Shown here: piece by piece, positions 22,369 through 50,700 of the stretch | How positions within the stretch are numbered: position 1 is the first letter of the stretch | How the letters are laid out: each line of letters opens with the position of its first letter | Origin: Macrostomum lignano | Lineage: Eukaryota | Reading direction: 5' to 3' | DNA: 64,000 nt | Assembly: GCA_002269645.1 (NCBI GenBank) | Contig: NIVC01003614.1 | Location: forward strand, 1-64,000 | Notes under the pieces: generated by a model | The model's database searches: none | What the model was told of the DNA's origin: nothing | Seen by the model: only the letters and a program-made list of their open reading frames with translations | Program-made: the position numbers and the translations under genes

Positions 22369-22376
22369 GCATAAAT
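22369..22376 (+). promoter_or_regulatory. TATA-like box of the neuropeptide gene
   Basis: CATAAATA ~130 nt upstream of the ATG at 22504. Confidence 0.4.
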
Positions 22377-22503
22377 ACTAGCGATTGGGCAGCTCCTCGC
22401 CACTGGAGTGCGAACGCCAGCTGGGCATTTGAGTAACCCAAGCCATCGCAGTGCAGTTGCAAATCCTGCTAAACGTTTCGAGCACGGAGAGACAACGACG
22501 GAT

Positions 22504-23442
22504 ATGACGAAACTGCTGCTACTGCTCTCGGCTGCTCTGATGGCGGTCAACTTGCTGAGTCATTCAGCCAGTGCCAAGGGTGAGAGCGTGTCTCCTTAAT
22601 TTACTCGTATTACCAAATTTGGGGTCAGACTCGAAAAATGGTTTAAGTACTAATATAATCCGCACATTTCAGACCTGCTGGACACTGATGAGCTCGATAA
22701 GGCCGACATAAACGGTGATGCATCTCTTTGGCAAGACAAAAAGCGGGCCGGAGCCTGGAACAGCGGATTCGGTAAACGTGCCGGAGCCTGGAACAGCGGA
22801 TTCGGTAAACGTGCTGGAGCCTGGAACAGCGGATTCGGTAAACGTGCTGGAGCCTGGAACAGCGGATTCGGTAAACGTGCTGGAGCCTGGAACAGCGGAT
22901 TCGGTAAACGTGCCGGAGCTTGGAACAGCGGATTCGGTAAACGTGCTGGAGCCTGGAACAGCGGATTCGGTAAACGTGCCGGAGCCTGGAACAGCGGATT
23001 CGGTAAACGTGCTGGAGCCTGGAACAGCGGATTCGGTAAACGTGCCGGAGCCTGGAACAGCGGATTCGGTAAACGTGCCGGAGCTTGGAACAGCGGATTC
23101 GGTAAACGTGCTGGAGCCTGGAACAGCGGATTCGGTAAACGTGCCGGAGCCTGGAACAGCGGATTCGGTAAACGTGCCGGGACCTGGAACAGTGGATTCG
23201 GTAAACGTGCTGGAGCTTGGAACAGCGGATTCGGTAAACGTGCCGGAGCCTGGAACAGCGGATTCGGTAAACGTGCCGGAGCCTGGAACAGCGGATTCGG
23301 TAAACGTGCCGGAGCCTGGAACAGCGGATTCGGTAAACGTGCTGGCGCTTGGAGCAGTGGATTCGGTAAACGACTTAGCGAGGCCAGTCAAGACATCCCG
23401 GAAGTAGCGGCCAACACCGAGTTTTACCTTGACCTTGAGTAG
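22504..23442 (+). CDS. Neuropeptide precursor (281 aa): signal peptide plus 19 copies of AG(A/T)W(N/S)SGF-GKR. Exons 22504-22579 and 22673-23442
   Basis: Exon 1 MTKLLLLLSAALMAVNLLSHSASAK. GTGAG donor at 22580, TACTAAT branch point, TTTCAG acceptor at 22672, phase 1 matches. Acidic spacer then KKR, 33-nt units 22747-23373 each ending Gly-Lys-Arg, acidic tail, TAG 23440-23442. Confidence 0.95.
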
Positions 23443-24227
23443 ATACGATACGATTCCGACAATGAGACACAAACTTTTAACTGCTACATGTACCAATATG
23501 CGTCTCTTAGGAACGCTTGAACCTGCTCCGGAATCTCCCAGAATGCGCCACAGAAACTGAGCCTCGAACCTTGAACACAGTGTACCTCTTTTCCCAGACA
23601 TCCTTAGCGAAGAGCTGGCGCTGTGTCCATAGGCATCAGTGGATGAACAGAAATATACAAAATTTAGTCGTAATGCATGCATGGCTTGCAAATCTTAACC
23701 CACGAGAGCAGCTGTGTTAGGTTGGTTTCCATGGCAAAATAACGCCGGTCTCGTTCACTGAAATACCCTCATTAGCTGAGCCCGACAACAACTGCCATTT
23801 TAAGCCCAAAAAGCGGCTCAGTGGGTAAGCAGAATGACAATAAGGAGGAATTACTAAAGTATCGCAGGTGCAAGTTTTCTCACGGGCCAAAGTAACTGAT
23901 GCCATGCTGTAGACATTGACGCCGTATTGTGTTGTTAGTTGTTAGAGATTGGGTAGGAAGTTTTGAGCACATCTCAGGTGTGCCACTCAGCTTGCAAGCA
24001 TTTGCAGACCCGAAAGGCTTGCGGTAAATCTCTGGCTCTATGCAGCTATTTCGGTACCCAAGAGGCACCAGTTATGGACAAGCTGATTCCCAATTCACCG
24101 CACGGTCTATGCTGTGATGCTGACTGCAATAAATCAGCCTCTGGCTTACTTCTAAACTAGACCAAGTCTGAGACAATAAAGAAAGTTTAAATTCTCTCAT
24201 TGTTAACTGTACGGAGTACGGATAACT

Positions 24228-24750
24228 TCAGAGTAGCGGTGTGGGGCTGAGTAGCGGTGTGGGGCTGAGTAGCGGTGTGAGGCTGAGTAGCGGTGTGGGG
24301 CTGAGTAGCGGTGTGGGGCTGAGTAGCGGTGTGGGGCTGAGTAGCGGTGTGAGGCTGAGTAGCGGTGTGGGGCTGAGTAGCGGTGTGAGGCTGAGTAGCG
24401 GTGTGGGGCTGAGTAGCGGTGTGGGGCTGAGTAGCGGTGTGGGGCTGAGTAGCGGTGTGGGGCTGAGTAGCGGTGTGAGGCTGAGAAGCGGTGTGGGGCT
24501 GAGTAGCGGTGTGAGGCTGAGTAGCGGTGTGGGGCTGAGTAGCGGTGTGAGGCTGAGAAGCGGTGTGTGGCTGAGTAGCGGTGTGGGGCTGAGTAGCGGT
24601 GGGGGCTGAGTAGCGGTGTGAGGCTGAGAAGCGGTGTGTGGCTGAGTAGCGGTGTGGGGCTGAGTAGCGGTGTGGGGCTGAGTAGCGGTGTGGGGCTGAG
24701 TAGCGGTGGGGGCTGAGTAGCGGTGTGTGGCTGAGAAGCAGTGTGGGGCG
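24228..24750. repeat. 18-bp minisatellite GCTGAGTAGCGGTGTGGG
   Basis: Direct reading. Confidence 0.95.
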
Positions 24751-25129
24751 AGTCCACAGTTAATTGAACTGCGCTAAATCGATGGCTTTAATCAAACACA
24801 GCAGTTTCATATTGGCGATGCCTCCATGCGCTGTGGCCAGTGAAATTCCTCAACAGCAGCCCCAAGGATGCAGTAAAGCCGACCCAATGCACAGAAGGCC
24901 TGGGCAACTCTCCCAAGCAGCAGAGCCGGCCCCTGCAGTCTCTGCAGTTACCTCTCCCACCGGGGCCCGCCGGCATTTAGTTTGGGGATGAGGAAGACAG
25001 TCCAGAATCCCGGAGACTCCCGAGACCGATTGAGATTTATGACCCCGAATCAGAGTAAGAAGAGTCAGAGAGAAATGAGCTGCGCAAAGTAGGGCCAATT
25101 CTCATTTCCGAAGGCCCTCACTGCTTTAG

Positions 25130-25765
25130 ACTTCTATCTGCCATTCTATCTGCTAATCTGTCTGCCATTCTATCTGCTAATCTATCTGCCATTCTATCTG
25201 CTAATCTGTCTGCCATTCTATCTGCTATTCTATCTGCCATTTTATCTGCCATTCTATCTGCTAATCTGTCTGCCATTCTATCTGCTAATCTGTCTGCCAT
25301 TCTATCTGCTATTCTATCTGCCATTTTATCTGCCATTCTATCTGCTAATATATCTGTCATTCTATCTGCTAATATATCTGTCATTCTATCTGCCAATCTA
25401 TCTGCAATTCTGTCTGCCATTCTATCTGCTAATCTGTCTGCCATTCTATCTGCTATTCTATCTGCCATTTTATCTGCCATTCTATCTGCTAATATATCTG
25501 TCATTCTATCTGCTAATATATCTGCCAATCTATCTGCAATTCTGTCTGCCATTCTATCTGCTAATCTGTCTGCCATTCTATCTTCTATTCTGTCTGCCAT
25601 TCTATCTGCTAATCTGTCTGCCATTCTATCTTCTATTCTATCTGCCATTTTATCTGCCATTCTATCTGCTAATATATCTGTCATTCTATCTGCTAATATA
25701 TCTGCCAATCTATCTGCAATTCTGTCTGCCATTCTATCTGACATTAATTCTGCAATTCTATCTCT
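25130..25765. repeat. 12-bp satellite TGCCATTCTATC/TGCTAATCTGTC
   Basis: Direct reading. Confidence 0.95.
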
Positions 25766-26064
25766 ATGTGTGAATCTGTTTACCTTTTTGTTAACGCACT
25801 TCTGAGTTTTTCAATTTTTTAATCTATTCAATCGAATAAAATAAGCAGAAAAATTTAATTTCGTGAGAACCGCCAATCTCAGTTCTCAATGTGGAAGTGC
25901 CTGCTGTCACACTGCACACACACACGAGTATATATGTGTTTTTAATGCAAACGTTGATTGCTATTAATATAATATAAAAAGTTAACTGTAGCAGCAGTAC
26001 AAAAGCAATTCTCGCAAGCTTCACACGCAAGCGATTCATCTGAACTAGCAATGCGTTAAGACTG

Positions 26065-26902
26065 GCATCTAGACTAGAAATCCATCTCTACTAGCTATCC
26101 ATCTCTACTAGCAATCTATCTAGTCTAGCAATCCATCTAGACTAGCAATCTATATAGTCTAGCAATCCATCTAGTCTAGCAATCCATCTATAGTCTAGCA
26201 ATCCATCTCTACTAGCAATCCATCTAGACTAGCAAACCATCTAGTCTAGCAACCCATCTAGTCTAGCAATCCATCTAGACTAGCAAACCATCTAGTCTAG
26301 CAATCCATCTAGTCTAGCAACCCATCTAGTCTAGCAATCCATCTAGTCTAGCAACCCATCTAGTCTAGCAATCCATCTAGTCTAGCAACCCATCTAGTCT
26401 AGCAATCCATCTAGTCTAGCAACCCATCTAGTCTAGCAATCCATCTAGTCTAGCAACCCATCTAGTCTAGCAATCCATCTAGTCTAGCAACCCATCTAGT
26501 CTAGCAATCCATCTAGTCTAGCAACCCATCTAGTCTAGCAATCCATCTAGTCTAGCAACCCATCTAGTCTAGCAATCCATCTAGTCTAGCAACCCATCTA
26601 GTCTAGCAACCCATCTAGTCTAGCAATCCATCTAGTCTAGCAACCCATCTAGTCTAGCAATCCATCTAGTCTAGCAATCCATCTAGACTAGCAATCCATC
26701 TAGTCTAGCAATCCATCTAGTCTAGCAATCCATCTAGTCTAGCAACCCATCTAGTCTAGCAACCCATCTAGTCTAGCAATCCATCTAGTCTAGCAATCCA
26801 TCTAGTCTAGCAACCCATCTAGTCTAGCAACCCATCTAGTCTAGCAATCCATCTAGTCTAGCAACCCATCTAGTCTAGCAACCCATCTAGTCTAGCAATC
26901 CA
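26065..26902. repeat. 17-bp minisatellite CTAGCAATCCATCTAGT
   Basis: Direct reading. Confidence 0.95.
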
Positions 26903-27829
26903 TCAAAATAACTGGAGATGAGGCAGCTCAGCCCTTAACCAATGCTCACGCCTGACTGCGTGTCTTACTGGGTTGGTAAAAAAATCCCAATTTCGCGACG
27001 GGAAATGGCAAAAAATGTTGAAAGTTAAAAACCGCACGGCTCGAAGCTTTAAGAAGCGAAATAATATATAAAGTCGTTAACGTTTTTAGACGGAGAGCAC
27101 AGTGAGAGAAAACGGTTGAAAAAAGCTGACTATGCTACTGAAAAGCCGTCAGTAGCAAGTAGAGAAAGATTATCAAAATTCTTGCCAGGGCTTTATGAAA
27201 ACTCGAACAAATATTGGTTTAATCCAGCCTTAAAAATCTAAACTATGTACCTAAGAGGTCCTGGGTTCGATGCCCTAGCAGAGGTGTATTGTTTAAAATT
27301 CGAATGAATAAAAACTGTGAAAACAATACCGTGGAGGAATATTTAATAACCAGTTTGGAAGGACAAGTTGACCAGTTAGTGAAAACGCGATCAAGAAGTT
27401 GAAAGCAAATTATATGAGTGAAAAACTGGCTGCTCTGAAAGGCAGGTTAATACTGGACCTTCGCAAGTGGTTGCACTTGTGTGACAAATAACAGAATATT
27501 CTTGGCTAGAAATGAATGACAAAGCAATTGATTAATTGGGGTTATCAATATTCGCAACCAGTGGAATAGCATTACTTATTGCACTGCTGGGCTTTACATG
27601 CTTACAGCAACAGTAAAACCTGTGACAGCAGCTGTAAGTAGTTCAGCTATCAGTTGAATAGCGAATCACGGCGGCTGTCTCAGACTGCGAAGCAAAGCTG
27701 CAAAGCTTGCAGTGCTATGTACAGGTGCACCTGGGAGCCAGGCTGGGGCGCTGAAATGGACAGGTATAGCGGGACAGATAGACAGAGAGAGACCATCAGA
27801 CAGACAAAATCACAGACACAATTGGAGAG

Positions 27830-28450
27830 ACATAATCAGATAGACAATCAGAAAGACACAATCAGATAGATACAAACAAACAGACACAATCGGAGAGAGA
27901 CACAACCAGAGAAACATAACCAGAGAGACACAACCAGAGAGACACAATCGGAGAGACACAACAAGAGAGACAACCAGAGGGACAACCAGAGAGACAACCA
28001 GAGAGACACAATCGGAGAGACACAATCGGAGAGAGACACAACCAGAGAGACACAATCTGAGAGAGACACAACCAGAGAGACACAACCAGAGAGACACAAT
28101 CGGAGAGACAGAATCGGACAGAGACACAACCAGAGAGACACAATCAGAGGGATACAATCGGATAGAGACATAGTCGGATAGAGACACAATCGGAGAGAGA
28201 CACAATCGGGAGAGACACAACCAGAGAGACACAATCAGAGAGACACAATCGGAGAGAGACACAATCGGGAGAGACACAACCAGAGAGACACAATCAGAGA
28301 GACACAATCAGAGACACAACCAGAGAGACACAATCGGGAGAGACACAACCAGAGAGACACAACCAGAGAGACACAACCAGAGAGACACAACCAGAGAGAC
28401 ACAACCAGAGAGACACAACCAGAGAGACACAATCAGAGACACAACCAGAG
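27830..28450. repeat. GAGAGACACAA(T/C)C-type low-complexity satellite
   Basis: Direct reading. Confidence 0.9.
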
Positions 28451-28640
28451 ACACAAGCACCAAGCAGGAAAGACAAAGACAGAAAACATGCCATTGGCAG
28501 TGCATGAAACGAATGCAGAGACGCAGTGAATGCGGCTGCATAGTGAGGGCACTAGCAACAGAGATGAAGCATTAGCAGCCCAGCTAACCGGACAGAGCGG
28601 ACGCGGGGACGGCCGGGAAGGAGGGGGACTCAGAAAATGC

Positions 28641-44369
<15,729 letters not shown>

Positions 44370-44517
44370 TTGGGTCGACAGTCTGTTGTACTGCTATCGG
44401 AGCGGCTCCCTGTGCGTGACAGGTTGGCAATATTCTTGTGAGACTATCAGAAAATCTGAGTTCTGGTCCTTCTGATTAACCAGTGAACGCGTCAATTAGT
44501 AACAATGACTCATCAGG

Positions 44518-44712
44518 CAGATGACCCATGTGAATACAGTGGGAGATGACTCATGTGAATACAGTGCGTGGTAGATGACCCATGTGAATACAGTGGGAGA
44601 TGACCCATGTGAATACAGTGGGAGATGACCCATGTGAATACAGTGGGAGATGACCCATGTGAATATAGTGGGAAATGACTCATGTGAATACAGTGCTTGG
44701 TAGATGACCCAC
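44518..44712. repeat. 25-bp minisatellite GATGACCCATGTGAATACAGTGGGA
   Basis: Direct reading. Confidence 0.9.
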
Positions 44713-47700
44713 GAGATGAGAATACAGTAAAATGCGTAATGACCGACCAGGAACAAAGGAAATAAGAAGCGACTTGAATGCAGTATCTGTAAACTGTGTG
44801 TTCCCTGGTGTGACAGGACTTACTTTAACTGAACCTTTCGCCTCGCAGACCTCAATCTAGAAGCAGGCTTGCCCAAGACAGAAGTGCTCCCCAATTAAAT
44901 ATGTAAGCAGAACGGCAGCGGAGACTGACATTGTGGTCGATGGGGCATGGATATGTCCGACCTACACCAGCTGGGGGCTGTCCCCCGGGGGTGCGGTGTG
45001 ACTGACTTTCTAAGAAACTTCCTGCATGCGGAACAGGCGGAGGCCAAGCGATGCAGAAGTGGGAAGGATGCGGCAGCTCGGACAGAACTTGAGCTCAGAG
45101 CCGAACAGAAAATTGCTGCCGGACAAAAGACAGGAAGGCGGGATCTTGAGGATCTGGGGGGTTCAGGAAGTGAACTGAAAAGAGATTTCTGAGTGGTTTA
45201 GCTAATTGCAGTGTTGTTTTGAAGCCATTAATGTGACGAGGTCTTTTTTGCAAAAACCGTTAGTTACGAGTATTAATGAATCGTTGTTACTTGTTTATGT
45301 AATTGCATATATTAATATCCTCATAGTTTTTTCAGCTTTGATTAATATGCGAAATAATATGAAACGCGAGAAAGAAAATAAAGACAGTTTATAAAATAAA
45401 CAGAATAAAAAGCAAAAGCATTGCATTAATAAAAACTTTAGTAACTCTGACTGGATTTATAATAACTTAAAAATACCTTAAGGATCAATAGCAGAAAAAT
45501 GCATACACTAAAAATACATTTACTGTTTTACATTTCTTTTAAATAAAATATCTTTAGCTAAAAACTCTAGCTCCTTTGCTATTTTATCACAGTTTTTATT
45601 ATTCCCTGATAAAGGACTCTTTTATATGTTCTCAATTTTTCATATTTTATATGTATAATTATACAATTTATTTAGGACAAAAAGTAAAATAACTAAATAT
45701 CCATTATCAAGACCTCTAGATCTATTTTTTTAAACTTTTTAAAGAGATTTTTTAATCTACGAGCGTATAAATAAATGGACCAAAGATCTCAAAAAAATTT
45801 TTAACTTTGAGTTAAGCTGCACATGAATACTTTTTGAAGCAATATAAATGTTTATAAGAATCATCTAGACTTCTTCGAAGTGAAAGGCTATATTTAGTTA
45901 ATGTAATTTAAGACAAATTAATGATAATACTAAGCCCATTTTTATTAAGATTTCTTACCTCACTTTTTACTTCAGTAGTTCATTTTTATCTGCTTTTCTC
46001 CAACTTTCGCTGGATTCATAAGGATCTGCAAAACCTATAGAGATACTGAATTTTTCAACAAATATACATGACGCGATTATTCACAACAATGGGTTATTTA
46101 TACTTCTTAAATCTTCGTAGGCTCACCATTCAAGTGGGCAGAACGTTGGCTTACGATAAATAGCGATCAAAGTTAAACTCATTATTTTTATTAGTTCACG
46201 ACTAGTAAAACAAAATAAAATAGAGACAAAAAAGACTTTTTGGTTATGAGGATAAAGGATCAGATTTTAGATACGAAAGCCATTTATATAAATTGAAGAC
46301 GGTTTCATTTGTCGAGAAAAGTTTATTATCCGAAAATACGGTGTTACCACGCGAGCAACTTGAACATGGATGTTAAAGGGAACAAAAATGTGTTTGAATT
46401 AAAAGCCACAACAAATTTTAGAACTAGAATAACTTTTTGAACGAACCTATTGACTACAAATCTGCATATTAATCGTCTTTCATCAATTTGTCATCATAAA
46501 AATCTTGGTCGTCTTTTTCCATATATCTATTGAATTTACTAGAGAATGTCAATTTTTTGCCAATCTACTGTAGTGGAAGTTTCTAAAAGCAAGTTAATGC
46601 AAAAAGACCTGAAAAAGTAAGAATTTAACTGTGCCATATGCTATAATGCAACCTCTTCAAGAGTACAACCTCTTGAAATGTTATGTAGCGCAAGTGTACC
46701 CAGCAATTTGTATAAATTCGTCGCTAACCTTGTAGTGATTCTGGGGCTTCCATACTTGTGTACTTGTAACTGATTAATTTGAATGTACATTCCATACTCA
46801 AAATTTCTGAGTTCTCAACTAATAATGCCTATTATACGTATATGGCATGATTTAGACCACCATTTTTTCCTTTCTTGTGTGTACGGCTTAGAAGCCATCC
46901 CAGTGACGATAGTACAATAGTAGTATTGTACAGTATAAATCAGTCGCCGTACTGCATGCATGTGTACGCAGTTCCATGGTCGGTAGTCCTCAATAGTCCA
47001 AACAAATAAAAATCGCATTTCGTTGTCGTTATTAACTAACAATGACTATTTGCAAGAAATTTTTTCATAAATTCAAATGATTCAAACTGTAAGTTTAAGT
47101 CGATCTTATTTTAATATTAAACAGAGCTGTGCTGGCAATATCCATGTTCTCTATATATGCCTTTATTTTGACCTTAATTTCATAAATTAAAAATGAAAAA
47201 AATGGACAGTTAACAAAGATCGATGGTCAGCGTGAATATGTAATTGTGCTCAAATATCCGACAGTTGTAGCCCGAGAAAAAGAGAATGAACCTACGAGCT
47301 ATAATCGCTACATGTAGGAGCTGAGTAAAGATCACTATCTGGGATCTCATGGATAAAAATACGCAGACATGATAAGCTTCAAAGAATTCAGTGCAAAATA
47401 GAGTATGGAAGTGTTGCAATGCGAAGTACGACATTAAGTCTGCAATAACGTGTACCAAGAGCAGGTACAGGTAAACGAAAGCATAGCTTATAGCGGACTA
47501 TTTTGGACAGAGCGGTGAACTGCGAGCGTTAGTTATGGAGCAAAGCAGCGCTGCCCGATCGGACAAGGAGGCTCTAAAGACTACGGGTTGACTCGCCACT
47601 GAATAACCGTGATTGGTTAGCCAGCCTAGCCAGCAGCTGCAGCAGGGATAGATCCGATTAATAGAAGCATGAGCCGAATGTACGTACTAAAGCGTCCACA

Positions 47701-47794
47701 TTAATGTAAATAAGTAGCGTGTCACAAAGTCGTTTATTCCCCGAGTACACGCGCGAGGTCTTCTCAATTCAATTCATCCCCTCTGCTAATTAGG

Positions 47795-50700
47795 TCAGGT
47801 GATGTGCAGCAACTTTTTGAAGGCCTTTCGGAACTCATTGTTGAATATGGTATAAATGAGCGGGTTGAGAGTGCTGTTCACGTAGCCAAGCCAGACTATG
47901 AACACCGAGATTCTCCTGTCGTAGCTGCATAGCGGGCTCTTGAACAGCTCCTCGTCGATGTTCTTCAGGCAGGCGGCCCACATGAGGTTCGAGATGAAGA
48001 ATGGCAGCCAGCATAGGAGAAACACGCCTGAAGATTGTGGTTGGATCGAATAATGCAGCACTTTTGTCATCTTTTTCAATCGATTTAGCGGCGCACCCAG
48101 AGCCACCATTGGAAAAAGATGCAACACACGATTTTCTAAGAAATGAACTGGAGGCCGGTACGGAGCGCATACTTGTCGTATTGCTAGCGCATTTTGTATG
48201 CTTTAGGGAGCGCATAGCGCTGGATGGGGTTTTGCCATAGACAAATTCGGTCGCTAATAAAGCATCAATTTTTCGAGAGCATTATTAAATACACTGGTGA
48301 TACGGACAAGTACATGTTCCTTACAGCTCATTTCTAAGAAAGTCGGGTGTAGCGTTCTTTTACTTCAGCAGCCCATGCTCTGCATTTGTTTTGTATCCCA
48401 TGGCGCTATTCCCGACAAAACAGTGATATAAGTGCAAAATAGTAGTCTTAATCGTACTTTAAATATGAGAAAGTAAAAATAAGGCAACGGACAGAGAAAC
48501 ACAATGGTAAGGAAAGCGGAATGGGAACACCTTCATTGTATATATACTCTTGGAATGCAATTTTAGTTATTTAATTTTATAATTCTAATAAATAATGTCA
48601 AGCTGAGAAACTGTCGCATTTACAGACAGCTGGTCAATCAACCAGGAATGATGGGGCTTCAGTTTCAACAGAAAAAAGGAAGCATCACAGATTGAGTCAT
48701 CAAATTAAGGATAAGACAACTCAAAATTATAGCGTAAGATTATGAAACAATTGTTCTTAGAGAGTCACACAGACTGGAGACTCGAGCTGTGTGTGTGTGT
48801 GAGGCCGTCACACAGACAGGAGTATGAGGCTGTGTGAGTGTGGGTGAGGCTGTCATACAGACAGGAGACTGAGGCTGTGAATCAGATTGTCACACAGACA
48901 GGAGTCTGAGGCTGTGTTAGTGGATGAGGCTGTCATACAGACATGAGACTGAGGCTGTGAATCAGATTGTCACACAGACAGGAGTCTGAGGCTGTGTTAG
49001 TGGATGAGGCTGTCATACAGACATGAGACTGAGGCTGTGAATCAGATTGTCACACAGACAGGAGTCTGAGGCTGTGTTAGTGGATGAGGCTGTCATACAG
49101 ACATGAGACTGAGGCTGTGAATCAGATTGTCACACAGACAGGAGTCTGAGGCTGTGTGAGTGGATGAGGCTGTCATACAGACAGGAGTCTGAGGCTGTGT
49201 GAGTGTGGGTGAGGCTGTCACACAGACAGGAGTCTGAGGCTGTGTGAGTGTGGATGAGGCTGTCACACAGACAGGAGTCTGAGGCTGTGTGAGTGTGGAT
49301 GAGGCTGTCACACAGACAGGAGTCTGAGGCTGTGTGAGTGGTTGAGGCTGTCACACAGACAGGAGACTCGGACTGTGCGAGTAAAACATCAAATTGAGAC
49401 AGATAGCTCAGTCAGGGATGGTGCCAGTGAAAGACATTCCTTCACGGTAAGCACCCCTGTCAAGCTAAGGAACTCAAACGAACTTAAAAAAGGCAGAGGC
49501 GGGGCTACTCACCGCAGACTGCAGTGCCAGTTGATTCCGGAGAAAAATGATCAGTACAAAAATTCAGACAATAAACTGATAAGTGCGTCAGTTGGAAGGA
49601 AGCTATTTTACAAGCTATCAGACAAACTTGCATAGTTATAACTGAGCATCGACTTCTGCCTATTTCAAGCTAATTTCAAGGTGTCCGTATTCTAAACTTT
49701 GCCTTGCAAAACGCTAAACAAGAGTCTCTTGGAGCAGCAACAGTTGAAAGTTTCCACTTTCACGGACTATCGTTGCCGTCTGCGTACTCAGATGCCTCCA
49801 GTAAACTCGGGTACACCCTCTTCGCCTCTCCCTGTGACTCGACTTTCCTGCCCTTTTTGCTAGATTGTCTATGGCCCAAAACCAAGCGGTGAAACCATCG
49901 ATCGCGCTTGCCCATGGACCCTTCGCGCAAGGGTGGACACTTTTCAATGTTGCTGAGTGCACTTCAATAACCTGTAGCCTAGTGGTCAGAGCGTCGGACT
50001 CACGACTGAAAGGTCGGGGGTTCGATTCCCGATCCCACAGGGACAATTTGCCAGCATTAGCTGGGGTAATTGAGGGTGTGTGTGGCGACCCCCCCCCCCC
50101 AGTCCCAACCAGGACTGAACAGCCGTACGCAGCCTTCAGATGCCCCGCGCAATCACTGCGGCTAAGCTGTCCGTTGCAAATTTGTCGCTGAGACCAGTCG
50201 GCTGGAGAGAGGACGGGCAGACGTGCGGCCCAGGTCCCTCTCTCGGTCTTTCAGTGGCCGCTTAGGCTATCAACAAAATTCCACTTTGGATCTTTGAAGA
50301 CAGCTTCAAGATGTTGAATAGACATGAACTTTTGCAGGATGATTCTGGGCTGTCTGGCGCAACGCCTTCGCCGACATTGTCCTTCAGCCAGCGCTGGGGC
50401 AACTCAGCCCATTCCGCTGAGTCCTGAGCACATACAAGCGCGCCAATACTGTAAGCAGGCACGCACTCACACACGCTCACACAGGGTGTACTGCAGCCCT
50501 TTGACTCTCTAATCGTCAGGCATGTACACTCTGTGTCCCTTCCGTGCCCACGAGCCATAAACGAATGCGGCCGCAAACGAAATCAAGCCAAGGGTCATGG
50601 GGCGAGAGTCAGACACTTCTCAGCTGAGCTGCTCTGCCCCGTGACAGTTTCCATTGTAGCAGTACATGTAAGCTCTAAGTTGACACGGAATTCGCCTTTT

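Noticed and set aside
22669-23691. ORFs 22715-23407 (+, EPGTADSVNVP repeats) and 22669-23691 (-, FTESAVPGSGT repeats)
   Set aside because: Shadow frames of the neuropeptide repeat. The third plus frame has the signal peptide, splice sites and GKR sites.
45200-47480. AT-rich block with short ORFs and splice-like motifs (possible decayed gene or transposon)
   Set aside because: No recognisable motif, many stops, no termini found. A translated search would be needed.
49973-50040. Functional tRNA gene
   Set aside because: Anticodon and acceptor stems pair poorly and the sequence continues into a SINE body shared with 30565-30857.
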